From: Octopus vulgaris
Taxonomy: Eukaryota
Length of the DNA stretch: 64,000 nucleotides
Assembly (NCBI GenBank): GCA_951406725.2
Contig: OX597843.1
Coordinates: forward strand, 17,980,001 to 18,044,000
Reading direction: 5' to 3'
Position 1 is the first letter of the stretch. Each line of letters opens with the position of its first letter. The translations under genes and the position numbers were made by a program. The notes beneath the pieces were generated by a model. The model was not told the origin of the DNA, ran no database searches, and saw only the letters and a program-made list of their open reading frames with translations. Of the stretch, positions 12,642 through 23,630 are shown piece after piece.

Positions 12642-12838
12642 CTGTAAGTGAAAGTCATGCGTTTTGTTGGACTTGCAAATAACTCTGAACTCGCTCGTCG
12701 TTTTTCACCAGAGACTGGCAACGAAGGCAGTGGCCCTTCCACGCTGCTTGACCTGCTGAAAGGGGCCTGGCCAACTGGGGACACCATCCCACTGGAAGAA
12801 GGACTGCTGATTCCTAAAGGGTCAGTCAAAGGATCCAG
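12642..12838 (-). CDS. PCIF1: PCIF1 coding exon (LDPLTDPLGI...KRMTFTY), 197 bp
   Basis: DPLTDPLG motif follows the WW domain as in other PCIF1s. Acceptor ttttcccAG at 12840-12839; donor AG|GTGAG at 12641-12640; phase 0 in, phase 2 out. Confidence 0.92.
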
Positions 12839-13739
12839 CTGGGAAAAAAATGGGAGGAAAAAAAAATATAATAACATATTACACAATGAAATGCAGAAAA
12901 AGAAGAAAATTAAAGATCATCATCATCATCATCATCAACAACACTCTTTGATAAATTCTCCACTTACCATTATTGTATATAAGTGTGTGTGTGTGTGTGT
13001 GTGTGCACATATAGGTGCAGGAGTGGCTGTGTGGTAAGTAGCTTGTTTACCAACCACATGGTTCTGGGTTCAGTTCCACTGCATGGCATCTTGGGCAAAT
13101 GTCTTCTACTATAGCCTCGGGCCGACCAAAGCCTTGTGAGTGGATTTGGTAGACGGAAACTGAAAGAAGCCCGTCGTATATATGTATAAGCATATATATA
13201 TATGCGTGTGAGTGTTTGTTCCCCTAGCATTGCTTGACAACCGATGCTGGTGCGTTTATGTCCCCGTTACTTAGCAGTTCAGCAAAAGAGACCGATAGAA
13301 TAAGTACTGGGCTTACAAAGAATAAGTCCCAGGGTCGATTTGCTCGACTAAGTAGCTTTTTTACCAACCACATGATTCCGAGTTCAGTCCCACTGCATGG
13401 CACCTTCGGCAAGTGTCTTCTACTATAGCCTCGGGCCGACCAAAGCCTTGTGAGTGGATTTGGTAGACGGAAACTGAAAGAAGCCCGTCGTATATATCTA
13501 TATATATATATGCCCGTGTGTGTTTGTGTGTCTGTGTTTGTCCCCCTAGCATTGCTTGACAACCGATGCTGGTGTGTTTATGTCCCCGTTACTTAGCGGT
13601 TCGGCAAAAGTGACCGATAGAATAAGTACTGGGCTTACTCCCGGGGTCGAGTTGCTCGATTAAAGGCGGTGCTCCAGCATGGCCACAGTCAAATGACTGA
13701 AACAAGTAAAAGAGTAAAGAGTATATACATATATATATA

Positions 13740-14005
13740 GTAGGTATAGGTTAAAGTAGTGAGGAAAAGTAACAATTAGTGAAGGCAAGACAAGGACATT
13801 TGATTTCATTTAACTCAATCCAAAAAATTTTACTACATAAACGAATGGTAAAAATAGTACAGAGACTATCACTACCATTTTGTATTATTTTTACCATTCC
13901 TTATGAAATAAAATATTTTAGATTGAATTAAATGAAATCAAATGTCCTTGTGCTGCCTTGACTAATTGTTTGCCTTTCCTCTGCACTGCTTCAACAGATA
14001 CCTAC
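13740..14005. repeat. Degenerate long inverted repeat (~125-bp arms, ~15-bp spacer)
   Basis: caaggacatttgatttcatttaa...gaatggtaaaaata pairs with tatttttaccattc...ttaaatgaaatcaaatgtccttg. Confidence 0.8.
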
Positions 14006-14350
14006 TCACTCAAAGGGAAGCCACCACTAGCTGTTTTTTGAACAAGACAATCACACAACCACAACTTCGACTACTGTTCAAACTGGAATTTTGGTGGCAC
14101 ACCCATTTGAGTCCTCTGAACAAAGACCTAAGAGATTGAGTCATCCTGATGAAGACTTCTCATATCTCTATAAAAACATAAACATGGTGCAGGAGTGGCT
14201 GTGTGGTAAGTAGCTTGCTAACCAACCACATGGTTCTGGGTTCAGTCTCACTGCGTGGCATCTTGGGCAAGTGTCTTCTACTATAGCCTCAGGCCAACCA
14301 AAGCCTTGTGAGTGGATTTGGTAGATGGAAACTGAAAGAAGCCTGTCGTA

Positions 14351-14388
<38 letters not shown>

Positions 14389-15382
14389 AGTGTGTGTCTG
14401 TGTTTGTCCCCCTAGCATTGCTTGACAACCGATGCTGGTGTGTTTACGTCCCCATCACTTAGCAGTTCGGCAAAAGAGACTGATAGAATAAGTACTGGGC
14501 TTACAAAGAATAAGTTCCAGGGTCGATTTGCTCGACTAAAGGCGGTGCTCCAGCATGGCCGCAGTCAAATGACTGTAACAAGTAAAAGAGTAAAAGAGAG
14601 AGAGAGTATGTATATACACACACATATACACTCATACCTCAATACTGTGGACCTCCATCATCATCATCATTTAACGTCCGTTTTCCATGCTGGCATGGGT
14701 TGGACAGTTTGAGGACTGGCAAGCCAGGAGGTTGCACCAGGCTCCAATGTGATCTGGCAAAGTTTCTGTAGCTGGATGCCCTTCCTAATGTCAACCACTC
14801 TGAGAGTTTAGTGGTGGCTTTTTATGTGCCACCAGCATGGGAGCCAGTCAGGTGGCACTGGCATTGGCTTTTTATGGATGGTGCTTTTTATGTACCACTA
14901 GCACAGGAAACAGTCAAGGGGACACTAGTTTCCTTTAACGGATTTTGGAAGCAGTGGACAAAATCACAGCATATCAACAACACCTCTTCACCACCCATGG
15001 TCAAATATTGAATCTACTGTAGTAGAGAGTATATTTACAGTGTACAGGTGTCAGCCTGGATTGTGTGCTTGATTAAAAGTACAGTACTCTATTCGTTCCT
15101 CTGTCAAGGTGGCGCTGGCATCGGCCACGTTCGGATGGTGCTTTTTACGTGCCACCGGCACAGAAGCCAGTTGAGAAGCATGCATGAAGAAATTCTAAAC
15201 AAGAAGACTACCACAGATTTAATCAATAAAAATTTCTCCAAAACACCTTTCCATAACAACCCAATTTACAACCTAATTACCACTCAACTCAAATCCACAC
15301 ATTCAAGGAAGATTTTAAAAAGCCAAGGTTAACTTCATTGAATTTCAGTTCGATGATAATGTAATTGTCTTTCATAATGTAA

Positions 15383-15715
15383 TCTATCTCTCTATATATA
15401 AACGGCAGTTTGTCTGTGTGCGTGTCTGTGTGTCTGTTAGGTTGACACACACATAGCCCAATGTCATAATTCAAAACTAACGGAGCGAAAATTTTGAAAA
15501 GTTCCCCCAGTTCTGAAAAAAATCGATAAATTCGACATGGGGTCGAGAATCAGAAACACAAACCACATACTGTCTAGGGGACGCAACTCGACCGTTTTAA
15601 CTCTCAAAAAAAAATTTACCGTCATTTTTTTTTGCTTTTTTTGGCTATAACTCTCTAAAAATGCTTTATAGTTATTTCCCTTACAAACCCGAGCAACGCC
15701 GGGCGATACTGCTAG
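15383..15715 (+). mobile_element. Non-autonomous Helitron-like element
   Basis: A|TC start; subterminal hairpin cccgagcaacgccggg; CTAG|T end; no target-site duplication. Confidence 0.75.
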
Positions 15716-15834
15716 TTGTTGATATTAGCCACTCCTAACGTATCCTAACCTCAGTGTTGGTATCAACAGACAATCGGCTTCTTCGGACCAATATTCCCCA
15801 CTTTTAGTCTGTAGTAGCAAGGTATGAGTGTACA

Positions 15835-15879
<45 letters not shown>

Positions 15880-15999
15880 ATGTTACTATCTCCTTGTCTT
15901 GATATTGTGTAAGAGTTGTAAATGAATGACACCATCACGCAAGTCTTCCGTGTAAACATGCCTGATCATTGGGAAACATTACCTTGTATGGAAATGAGT

Positions 16000-16770
16000 G
16001 GAGGCGCAATGGCCTAGTGGTTAGGGCAGGAGACCCGCGGTTGTAGGATCGTGGTTTCAATTCCCATACCGGACGTTGTGAGTGTTTATTGAGCGAAAAC
16101 ACCTAAAGCTCCACGATGCTCCGGCAGGGGGTGGAGGTGATCCCTGCTGTACTTAGAAGTGGAGGAGCAATGGCCCAGTGGTTAGGGCAGCGGACTCGCG
16201 GTTGTAGGATCGCGGTTTCGATTCCCAGACCGGGCATTGTGAGTGTTTATTGAGCAAAAACACCTAAAACTCCACGAGGCTCCGGCAGGGGGTGGTGGCG
16301 ATCCCTGCTGTACTCTTTCACCACAACTTTCTCTCACTCTTTCCTCTGTTGGCCTGCTCGCTTAGCCAGTGGGGTGGCGTCATTTGAAGGCTAAAACAAT
16401 GCAAAGCGCATTGTGACCAGCGATGTGTAACAACATCTGTTAGCCCGGTCGGTCATGTGTGTGTGTGTGTGGAGGCGCAATAGACCAGTGGTTAGGGCAG
16501 CGGACTCGCGGTCGTGGGATCGCGGTTTTGATTCCCAGACCGGGCGTTGTGAGTGTTCATTGAGCGAAAACACCTAAAGCTCCACGAGGCTCCAGCAGGG
16601 GATGGTGGTGATCCCTGCTGTACTCTTTTGCCACAACTTTCTCTCACTCCTTCTTCTGTTGCTCTGCTCGCTTAGCCAGCAGGGTGGTGTCATTTGAAGG
16701 CTAAAACAATGCAAAGCGCATTGTGACCAGCGATGTGTAGCAACATCTGATAGCCTGGTCGGTCACTGTG
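16000..16770 (+). mobile_element. Cluster of three tandem SINE-B copies (one truncated)
   Basis: Heads tggagg.gcaat at ~16000, 16160 and 16470. Confidence 0.8.
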
Positions 16771-17179
16771 ATGGAAATGATTAGAGGTTGGTGGCAGGAA
16801 GGGCATCCTGCTGTAGAAAGCATGGGAAAATGGATGTTAAGTAATGATCATCATCATCATCATTTAGCGTCCGCTTTCCTTTCTAGCATAGGTTGGACGG
16901 TTCAACTGGGGTCTGGGAAGCCAGAAGGCTGCACCAGGCCCAGTCTGATCTGGCAGTGTTTCTACAGCTGGATGTCCTTCCTAATGCCAACCACCCCGTG
17001 AGTGTAGTGGGTGCTTTTTACATGCCAGACGGGGCTGGCAAACGGCCACGGTCGGATGGTGCTTTTTACATGCCACCGGCGCGGGGGCCAGGCGGATAAC
17101 AAATCGCAGCAAAGAAGGAAAACATGAAGTAACAAAAGCATTTTAGAAACAATAATATAAAAAAAAAGGGGCTCCTTAC

Positions 17180-18352
17180 CTGTCCAAAAACTGGCATCTC
17201 CCATAAGGACTCATTTGTGATTTTGTTAAAGAAGTAAGGCCTGTTCTCACGCTTGCTCCAAAACTTTCGCCAACCAGCTTGGAGTAACTCAGGGGGCAGA
17301 TCATGCACCGGGTCGGGAAACTGGGCCTGCGGCGACATGGGGAAGGTGCTGTTCTGTGGTGATTGCAGGGCAGGTGGTGTGAAGGAATCTTGGCTGTTTG
17401 CTGCCGTCGCCGTTGGTGACGACAGCGACAGTTGGCTGGTCACCACAGCAATCGGTGATGTGCTGGTGACAGAGGTGATGCCCGTGGCGGCGGCGGTGGT
17501 GGAAGTGGACGTAGAGACAGTGGAGGTGGTGAAGATGGTGGAGGGGTTGATTGTGGTTATGGGAGGGGTGTGCGTGATGTTGTTGTTGTTGTTGGTAGAG
17601 TCAGCTTCCATGCTGGAAGAGATGGGGTTTGCAGCGTTTGCGCAGTGAGTCTCCGTTGTTGACATGGTAGTGTTAGTAGCAACAGTAGGACTACTACTAC
17701 TACTACTACTTGAGTTAGTGGTGGTGGTGACAGTGGTAAAGGTGGTGGTGGTGGTGGTGGCGTCAACAGCGGTGCTGGCTGGGGCTGTGGAATCAAGGGA
17801 GGAGGAGGAAGCGGCAGCGGCTGCAGCAGCATTGTTGGCGATGATAGTGGCGGTGTTGTTGGTGGTGGAGATGGTGATGGTGAGGGATGGCTTTGATGAT
17901 TTGGATGACTTTGTCACTACTGCTGACGTCAGTGATGATGATGATGGTGGTGGTGGTGATGATGAAGACGACGTTAATGATGATTGTAACGATGACGACA
18001 CCGTCGTCACTGTCTTCGACCCAGTGAGAGGAGGACAGAGGTTGCTGATGGTGGTGTTGGTGGTATTGGTGGTAGTGGTGGTGGTGGTGGTAACGGTGTG
18101 GTTGGCAGCATTCCTCGCGCTTGTTCTCCGCTTGCGTTGCGGTCGCTGCACCTTACCCCCCTTCCTCTCCTCCTCTTCCTTCACGCTCTCCTCTTCCTCA
18201 GCATCTTTCTTGCTCTCCACCTCAAACACAGTCAGTGCCTGCGCGATAACAGAGTGGTCATCAACGCCATCAGCCGAGAAGAGGTCGGTTTTGGCCAGGT
18301 GGACTTCTGTGTCGATGGTCAGGTCGTCCCTTTGTTGACAGAGTTCGGACAT
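17180..18352 (-). CDS. PCIF1: PCIF1 first coding exon (exon 17180-18377, ATG at 18352): long S/T/A-rich N-terminus followed by the WW domain
   Basis: Ends LPPELLQAGWRKFWSKRENRPYFFNKITNESLWEMP, the PCIF1-type WW domain. Acceptor tctttgcAG at 18379-18378; donor CAG|GTAAGG at 17179-17178, phase 0. The start codon choice is inferred. Confidence 0.9.
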
Positions 18353-19842
18353 TACTGCATCTGGCAATCGGGACCCACTGCAAAGAAAGAGATGGAGAGT
18401 GAGAGAGAGTAAAACAGAAAGAAGAGAGGTGAGAGAGTGAGTTAGAGAGTGAAATACAGTTAGAAAGAGAGAGAGAGAGAGAGATTGAGTGAAAGAGAGG
18501 CGAGAGAGTGAGAAAGAATATTTGATAAAGAGCGTGACAGAGAGTAAGTGAGAAAGAAAGGAAGCAAAAGAGAGAGAGAGAGAGAGAGAATTAAATTAAA
18601 GAGTGAAAGAGAGATAGAGGATAAGAAAATTAATTTCAATAAACGATCCCTCACCCCATTCCCCCACCCCACAACATCAAAACAAAATCAGAAATAGCAC
18701 GATAAAAAAAAAATGAAAAGTAGGCGCAGGAGTGGCTGTGTGGTAAGTAGCTTGCTTACCAACCACGTGGTTCTGGGTTCAGTCCCACTGCGTGGCATCT
18801 TGGGCAAGTGTCTTCTACTATAGCCTCGGGCTGACCAAAGCCTTGTGAGTGGATTTGGTAGACGGAAACTGAAAGAAGCCTGTCGTATATATGTATATAT
18901 ATATATATATATATGCATGTGTGTGTGTGTGTGTGTGTTTGTGTGTCTGTGTTTGTCCCCCTAGCATTGCTTGACAACCAATGCTGGTGTGTTTACGTCC
19001 CCGTCACTTAGCGGTTCGGCAAAAGAGACTGATAGAATAAGTACTGGGCTTACAAAGAATAAGTCCTGGGGTCGATTTGCTCGACTAAAGGCAGTGCTCC
19101 AGCATGGCCGCAGTCAAATGACTGAAACAAGTAAAAGAGTAAAAGAGAGTAAGAGTATTAAGAGGCTTGCTTCCAAACCATATGGTTCTGGGTTCAGTCC
19201 CACAGCATGGCACCCTGGGTAAGTACTTTCTACTTGTAGCCTTGGGCTGACCAAAGCCTTATGAGTAGATTTGGTAGACAAAAACTGAAAGATGCTTGTC
19301 AGGTGTGTATGTGTTTATCCCCCAACGCTTGACGACCAGTGATGGTTTGTTTATGTCCCTACAACTTGGTAGTTCAGCAAAAAGAATCTGCAAGAATAAG
19401 TACTGTGCCTAAAACAAATTAATACTAGGGTTCATTTGCTTGACGGAACCCTTCAAGGTACTGCCCCAGCATAGCCGTAGTCCAGTGACTGAAACAAGTA
19501 AAAGATAAACAACAGGAAAAAAAGAAAATCAAAAGATTTACAAAAGACCCTCACCAGACCACCTGACAACTGGTGTTGGTTTGATTACATCCTCATTCAA
19601 GAGAATTTGGCAAAATAAGTATGAAACCTTGAAAAAAAGAAGCACAGAAACTGAGTTATATCCAACCAAACCCTTCAAGAAGGTGCCCCAGCATGGCCAT
19701 GGTCCAATGACTGAAACAAGTAAAAAATATCTGACGTAAACCAATGCAACTCAATTCAGCTTGACATACCCAGACTTGAACTTACGTGACCTACCCCTAT
19801 CTATTCTGGCCACCAAAAGAAATAGACATGATCCAGTCAGTC

Positions 19843-22088
19843 ATAATTCCCTTGGCATCTCAGATGTTTTATAGGAATATTAAATCTACCCCAGTATTTC
19901 ACTGCTACATTATTTTATCCACCCCACAACAATGAAAGGTAAAGTTAGTGTTAGTCTTCTATTATAATTCCCTTGGCATCTCAGATGTTTTATAGGAATA
20001 TTAAATCTACCCCAGAATTTCACTGCTACTTTATTTTCTCCACCCCACAACAATGAAAGGTAAAGTTAGTGTTAGTCTTCTATTATAATTCCCTTTGCAT
20101 CTCAGATGTTTTATAGGAATATTAAATCTACCCCAGTATTTCACTGCTACATTATTTTCTCCACCCCACAACAATGAAAGGTGAAGTTAGTGTTAGTCTT
20201 CTATTATAATTCCCTTGGCATCTCAGATGTTTTATAGGAATATTAAATCTACCCCAATATTTCACTGCTACTTTATTTTATCCACCCCACAACAATGAAA
20301 GGTAAAGTTAGTGTTAGTCTTCTATTATAATTCCCTTTGCATTTCAGATGTTTTATAGGAATATTAAATCTACAAAGAAAGGTAAAGTTAGTGTTAGTCT
20401 TCTATTATAATTCCCTTTGCATCTCAGATGTTTTATAGAAATATTAAATCTACCCCAGTATTTCACTGCTATTTTATTTTATCCACCCCACAACAATGAA
20501 AGGTAAAGTTAGTGTTAGTCTTCTATTATAATTCCCTTGGCATCTCAGATGTTTTAGAGGAATATTAAATTTACCCCAATATTTCACTGCTACATTATTT
20601 TCTCCACCCCACAACAATGAAAGGTAAAGTTAGTGTTAGTCTTCTATTATAATTCCCTTGGCATCTCAGATGTTTTATAGGAATATTAAATCTACCCCAG
20701 TATTTCACTGCTACATTATTTTCTCCACCCCACAACAATGAAAGGTAAAGTTAGTGTTAGTCTTCTATTATAATCCCCTTGGCATCTCAGATGTTTTATA
20801 GGAATATTAAATCTACCCCAGTATTTCACTGCTACATTATTTTCTCCACCCCACAACAATGAAAGGTAAAGTTAGTGTTAGTCTTCTATTATAATTCCCT
20901 TGGCATCTCAGATGTTTTATAGGAATATCAAATCTACCCCAGTATTTCACTGCTACATTATTTTCTCCACCCCACAACAATGAAAGGTAAAGTTAGTGTT
21001 AGTCTTCTATTATAATCCCCTTGGCATCTCAGATGTTTTATAGGAATATTAAATCTACAAAGAAAGGTAAAGTTAGTGTTAGTCTTCTATTATAATTCCC
21101 TTGGCATCTCAGATGTTTTAGAGGAATATTAAATCTACCCCAGAATTTCACTGCTACTTTATTTTATCCACCCCACAACAATGAAAGGTAAAGTTAGTGT
21201 TAGTCTTCTATTATAATTCCCTTTGCATCTCAGATGTTTTATAGGAATATTAAATCTACCCCAGTATTTCACTGCTACATTATTTTCTCCACCCCACAAC
21301 AATGAAAGGTGAAGTTAGTGTTAGTCTTCTATTATAATTCCCTTGGCATCTCAGATGTTTTATAGGAATATTAAATCTACCCCAATATTTCACTGCTACT
21401 TTATTTATACACCCCACAACGATGAAAGATAAAGTTAGTGTTAGTATTCTATTACAATACCCTTGGTATCTCAGATGTTTTATAGGAATATTAAATCTAC
21501 CCCAGAATTTCACTGCTACTTTATTGTATCCACCCCACAACAAAGAAAGGTAAAGTTAGTGTTAGTCTTCTATTATAATTCCCTTGGCATCTCAGATGTT
21601 TTATAGGAATATTAAATCTACCCCAATATTTCACTGCTACATTATTTTCTCCACCCCACAACAATGAAAGGTAAAGTTAGTGTTAGTCTTCTATTATAAT
21701 CCCCTTGGCATCTCAGATGTTTTTAGAGGAATATTAAATTTACCCCAATATTTCACTGCTACATTATTTTCTCCACCCCACAACAATGAAAGGTAAAGTT
21801 AGTGTTAGTCTTCTATTATAATTCCCTTGGCATCTCAGATGTTTTATAGGAATATTAAATCTACCCCAGTATTTCACTGCTACATTATTTTCTCCACCCC
21901 ACAACAATGAAAGGTAAAGTTAGTGTTAGTCTTCTATTATAATCCCCTTGGCATCTCAGATGTTTTATAGGAATATCAAATCTACCCCAGAATTTTACTG
22001 CTACTTTATTTTATCCACCCCACAACAATGAAAGGTAAAGTTAGTGTTAGTCTGCTATAATAATTCCATTGACTTCTAGGATGTTTTA
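19843..22088. repeat. 121-bp satellite, ~19 units, two of them 80-bp deletion variants
   Basis: Unit ataattcccttggcatctcagatgttttataggaatattaaatctaccccag...aatgaaaggtaaagttagtgttagtcttctatt; unit starts at 19843 and 19964. Confidence 0.97.
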
Positions 22089-22782
22089 CAGCAAAGGTTC
22101 TCAACCCATTTTGACCAGAAACCCCCTTTTGACCCTTGGAGTCACAAATACTACCCCCTTGAAAATATTTCTATTTTTCAATATACCACTTATTTTGATA
22201 TCAGCGGAGAATGATTAAAACATAAAGGATATCGTTTTGCATATGCGTTTGTATGCAGTCAGGGGTACAGATGCACATATTGAAATGCAAAAAAAAAAAA
22301 AAATGAAAGAAAGAATTGAAAGTTTGGTAATTGCATTTATTTCCACCACACGACACTTATGAGATCACCATGTTGTCTCTCGAAAGAGGGCTCTTAGGTA
22401 CAAGTAAATGCCAATAAAATCATTTCAAACCTTTCCAATTTCCCTTATCAAAACAGCTAAAACTTGTGCAATAATCTGACATACATTTGCGTTATGCATC
22501 TCAAGTGCAATGAAATCAACCTTTTTTTTAAAATGAATCATCACTGGTGATCAAAAATGGATTGTCTACAATAAAATCAATCGAAAACGATCAGGGTCCA
22601 AGTATAACGAATCAACACAAACTACACCGAAAGGTGAATTGCATAAAAAAAAAAGGTCATACTGTCAATTTGGAGGGTCTACAAAGCAGTGCATTTTGAG
22701 CAGCTTCCAAGGAACCAAACAACCAATTCAGACATTCACTGTCAACAACTAATGAAACTGGAAGAAGCAATCTAAGAAAAAT

Positions 22783-23630
22783 GGAGTGGTTGGCGTTAGG
22801 AAGGGCATCCAGCTGTAGAAAAACTGCCAGATCAGACTGGGACTGGTGCAGCCTTCTGGCTTCCCAGACCCCAGTTGAACCGTCCAACCCATGCTAGAAA
22901 GGAAAGCGGACGCTAAATGATGATCATCATTACTTAACATCCATTTTCTCATGCTTTCTACAGCAGGATGCCCTTCCTGCTACCAACCTCTACTCATTTC
23001 CATCACCGTGATCACAGTGACCGACCAGGCTATCAGATGTTGCTACACATCGCTGGTCACAATGCGCTTTGCATTGTTTTAGCCTTCAAATGACACCACC
23101 CCACTGGCTAAGCGAGCAGACCAACAGAAGAAGGAGTGAGAGAAAGTTGTGGTGAAAGAGTACAGCAGGGATCGCCACCACCCCCTGCTGGAGCCTCGTG
23201 GAGCTTTAGGTGTTTTCGCTCAATAAACACTCACAACACCTGGTCTGGGAATCGAAATCGCGAGTCCGGTGCCTTAACCACTGGTCTATTGCGCCTCCAC
23301 ATATATATATATATATATTATTATTATATAGAAGGAGCTTCTACAGGACTAGAACTGTTTCATTCAAGAGAAATCTTCAGGAAGCTCTGCTGTGCTTCCT
23401 GAAGATTTCTCTTGAATGAAACAGTTCTAGTCCTGTAGAAGCTCCTTCTATATAATAAATTAATTTTACTCTGCTATGTATTGAGTACCTTATTTACTGT
23501 GGTTAACCCCGAATCAACCCGGGACCTACATATATATATATATATATATATCACCGTGACCGACCGGGCTAACAGATGTTGTTACACATCGCTGGTCACA
23601 ATGCGCTTTGCATTGTTTTAGCCTTCAAAT
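22783..23630 (-). repeat. Inverted copy of 16383-16997 (RTE 3'-UTR + SINE-B junction) with a later nested palindromic element
   Basis: Shares diagnostic junctions and variants with the source: cttaacatccatttt, ggaaagcggacgctaaatg, ctggtctattgcgcc, ccgggctaacagatgttgttac. Confidence 0.85.
23321..23530. mobile_element. Palindromic element (65-bp perfect arms 23321-23385/23394-23458) with a CTGAAGA...GAAAC motif; Penelope-like
   Basis: Arms read directly from the sequence. The tail tttactctgctatgtattgag...cccgggacctac recurs at ~50600-50668, also in (AT)n. Confidence 0.65.

Noticed and set aside
16160-16235. tRNA-Arg-like sequence
   Set aside because: It is the head of a SINE continuing into a conserved body, repeated with mutations; not a tRNA gene.
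17253-18412. Plus-strand ORFs (131, 224 and 104 aa; V/L/D-rich)
   Set aside because: Antisense shadows of the trinucleotide-rich PCIF1 exon; no domain or independent splice evidence.
19843-22088. Regular array as a possible CRISPR
   Set aside because: Whole 121-bp units repeat with no unique spacers, there are no cas genes, and the context is a eukaryotic intron.
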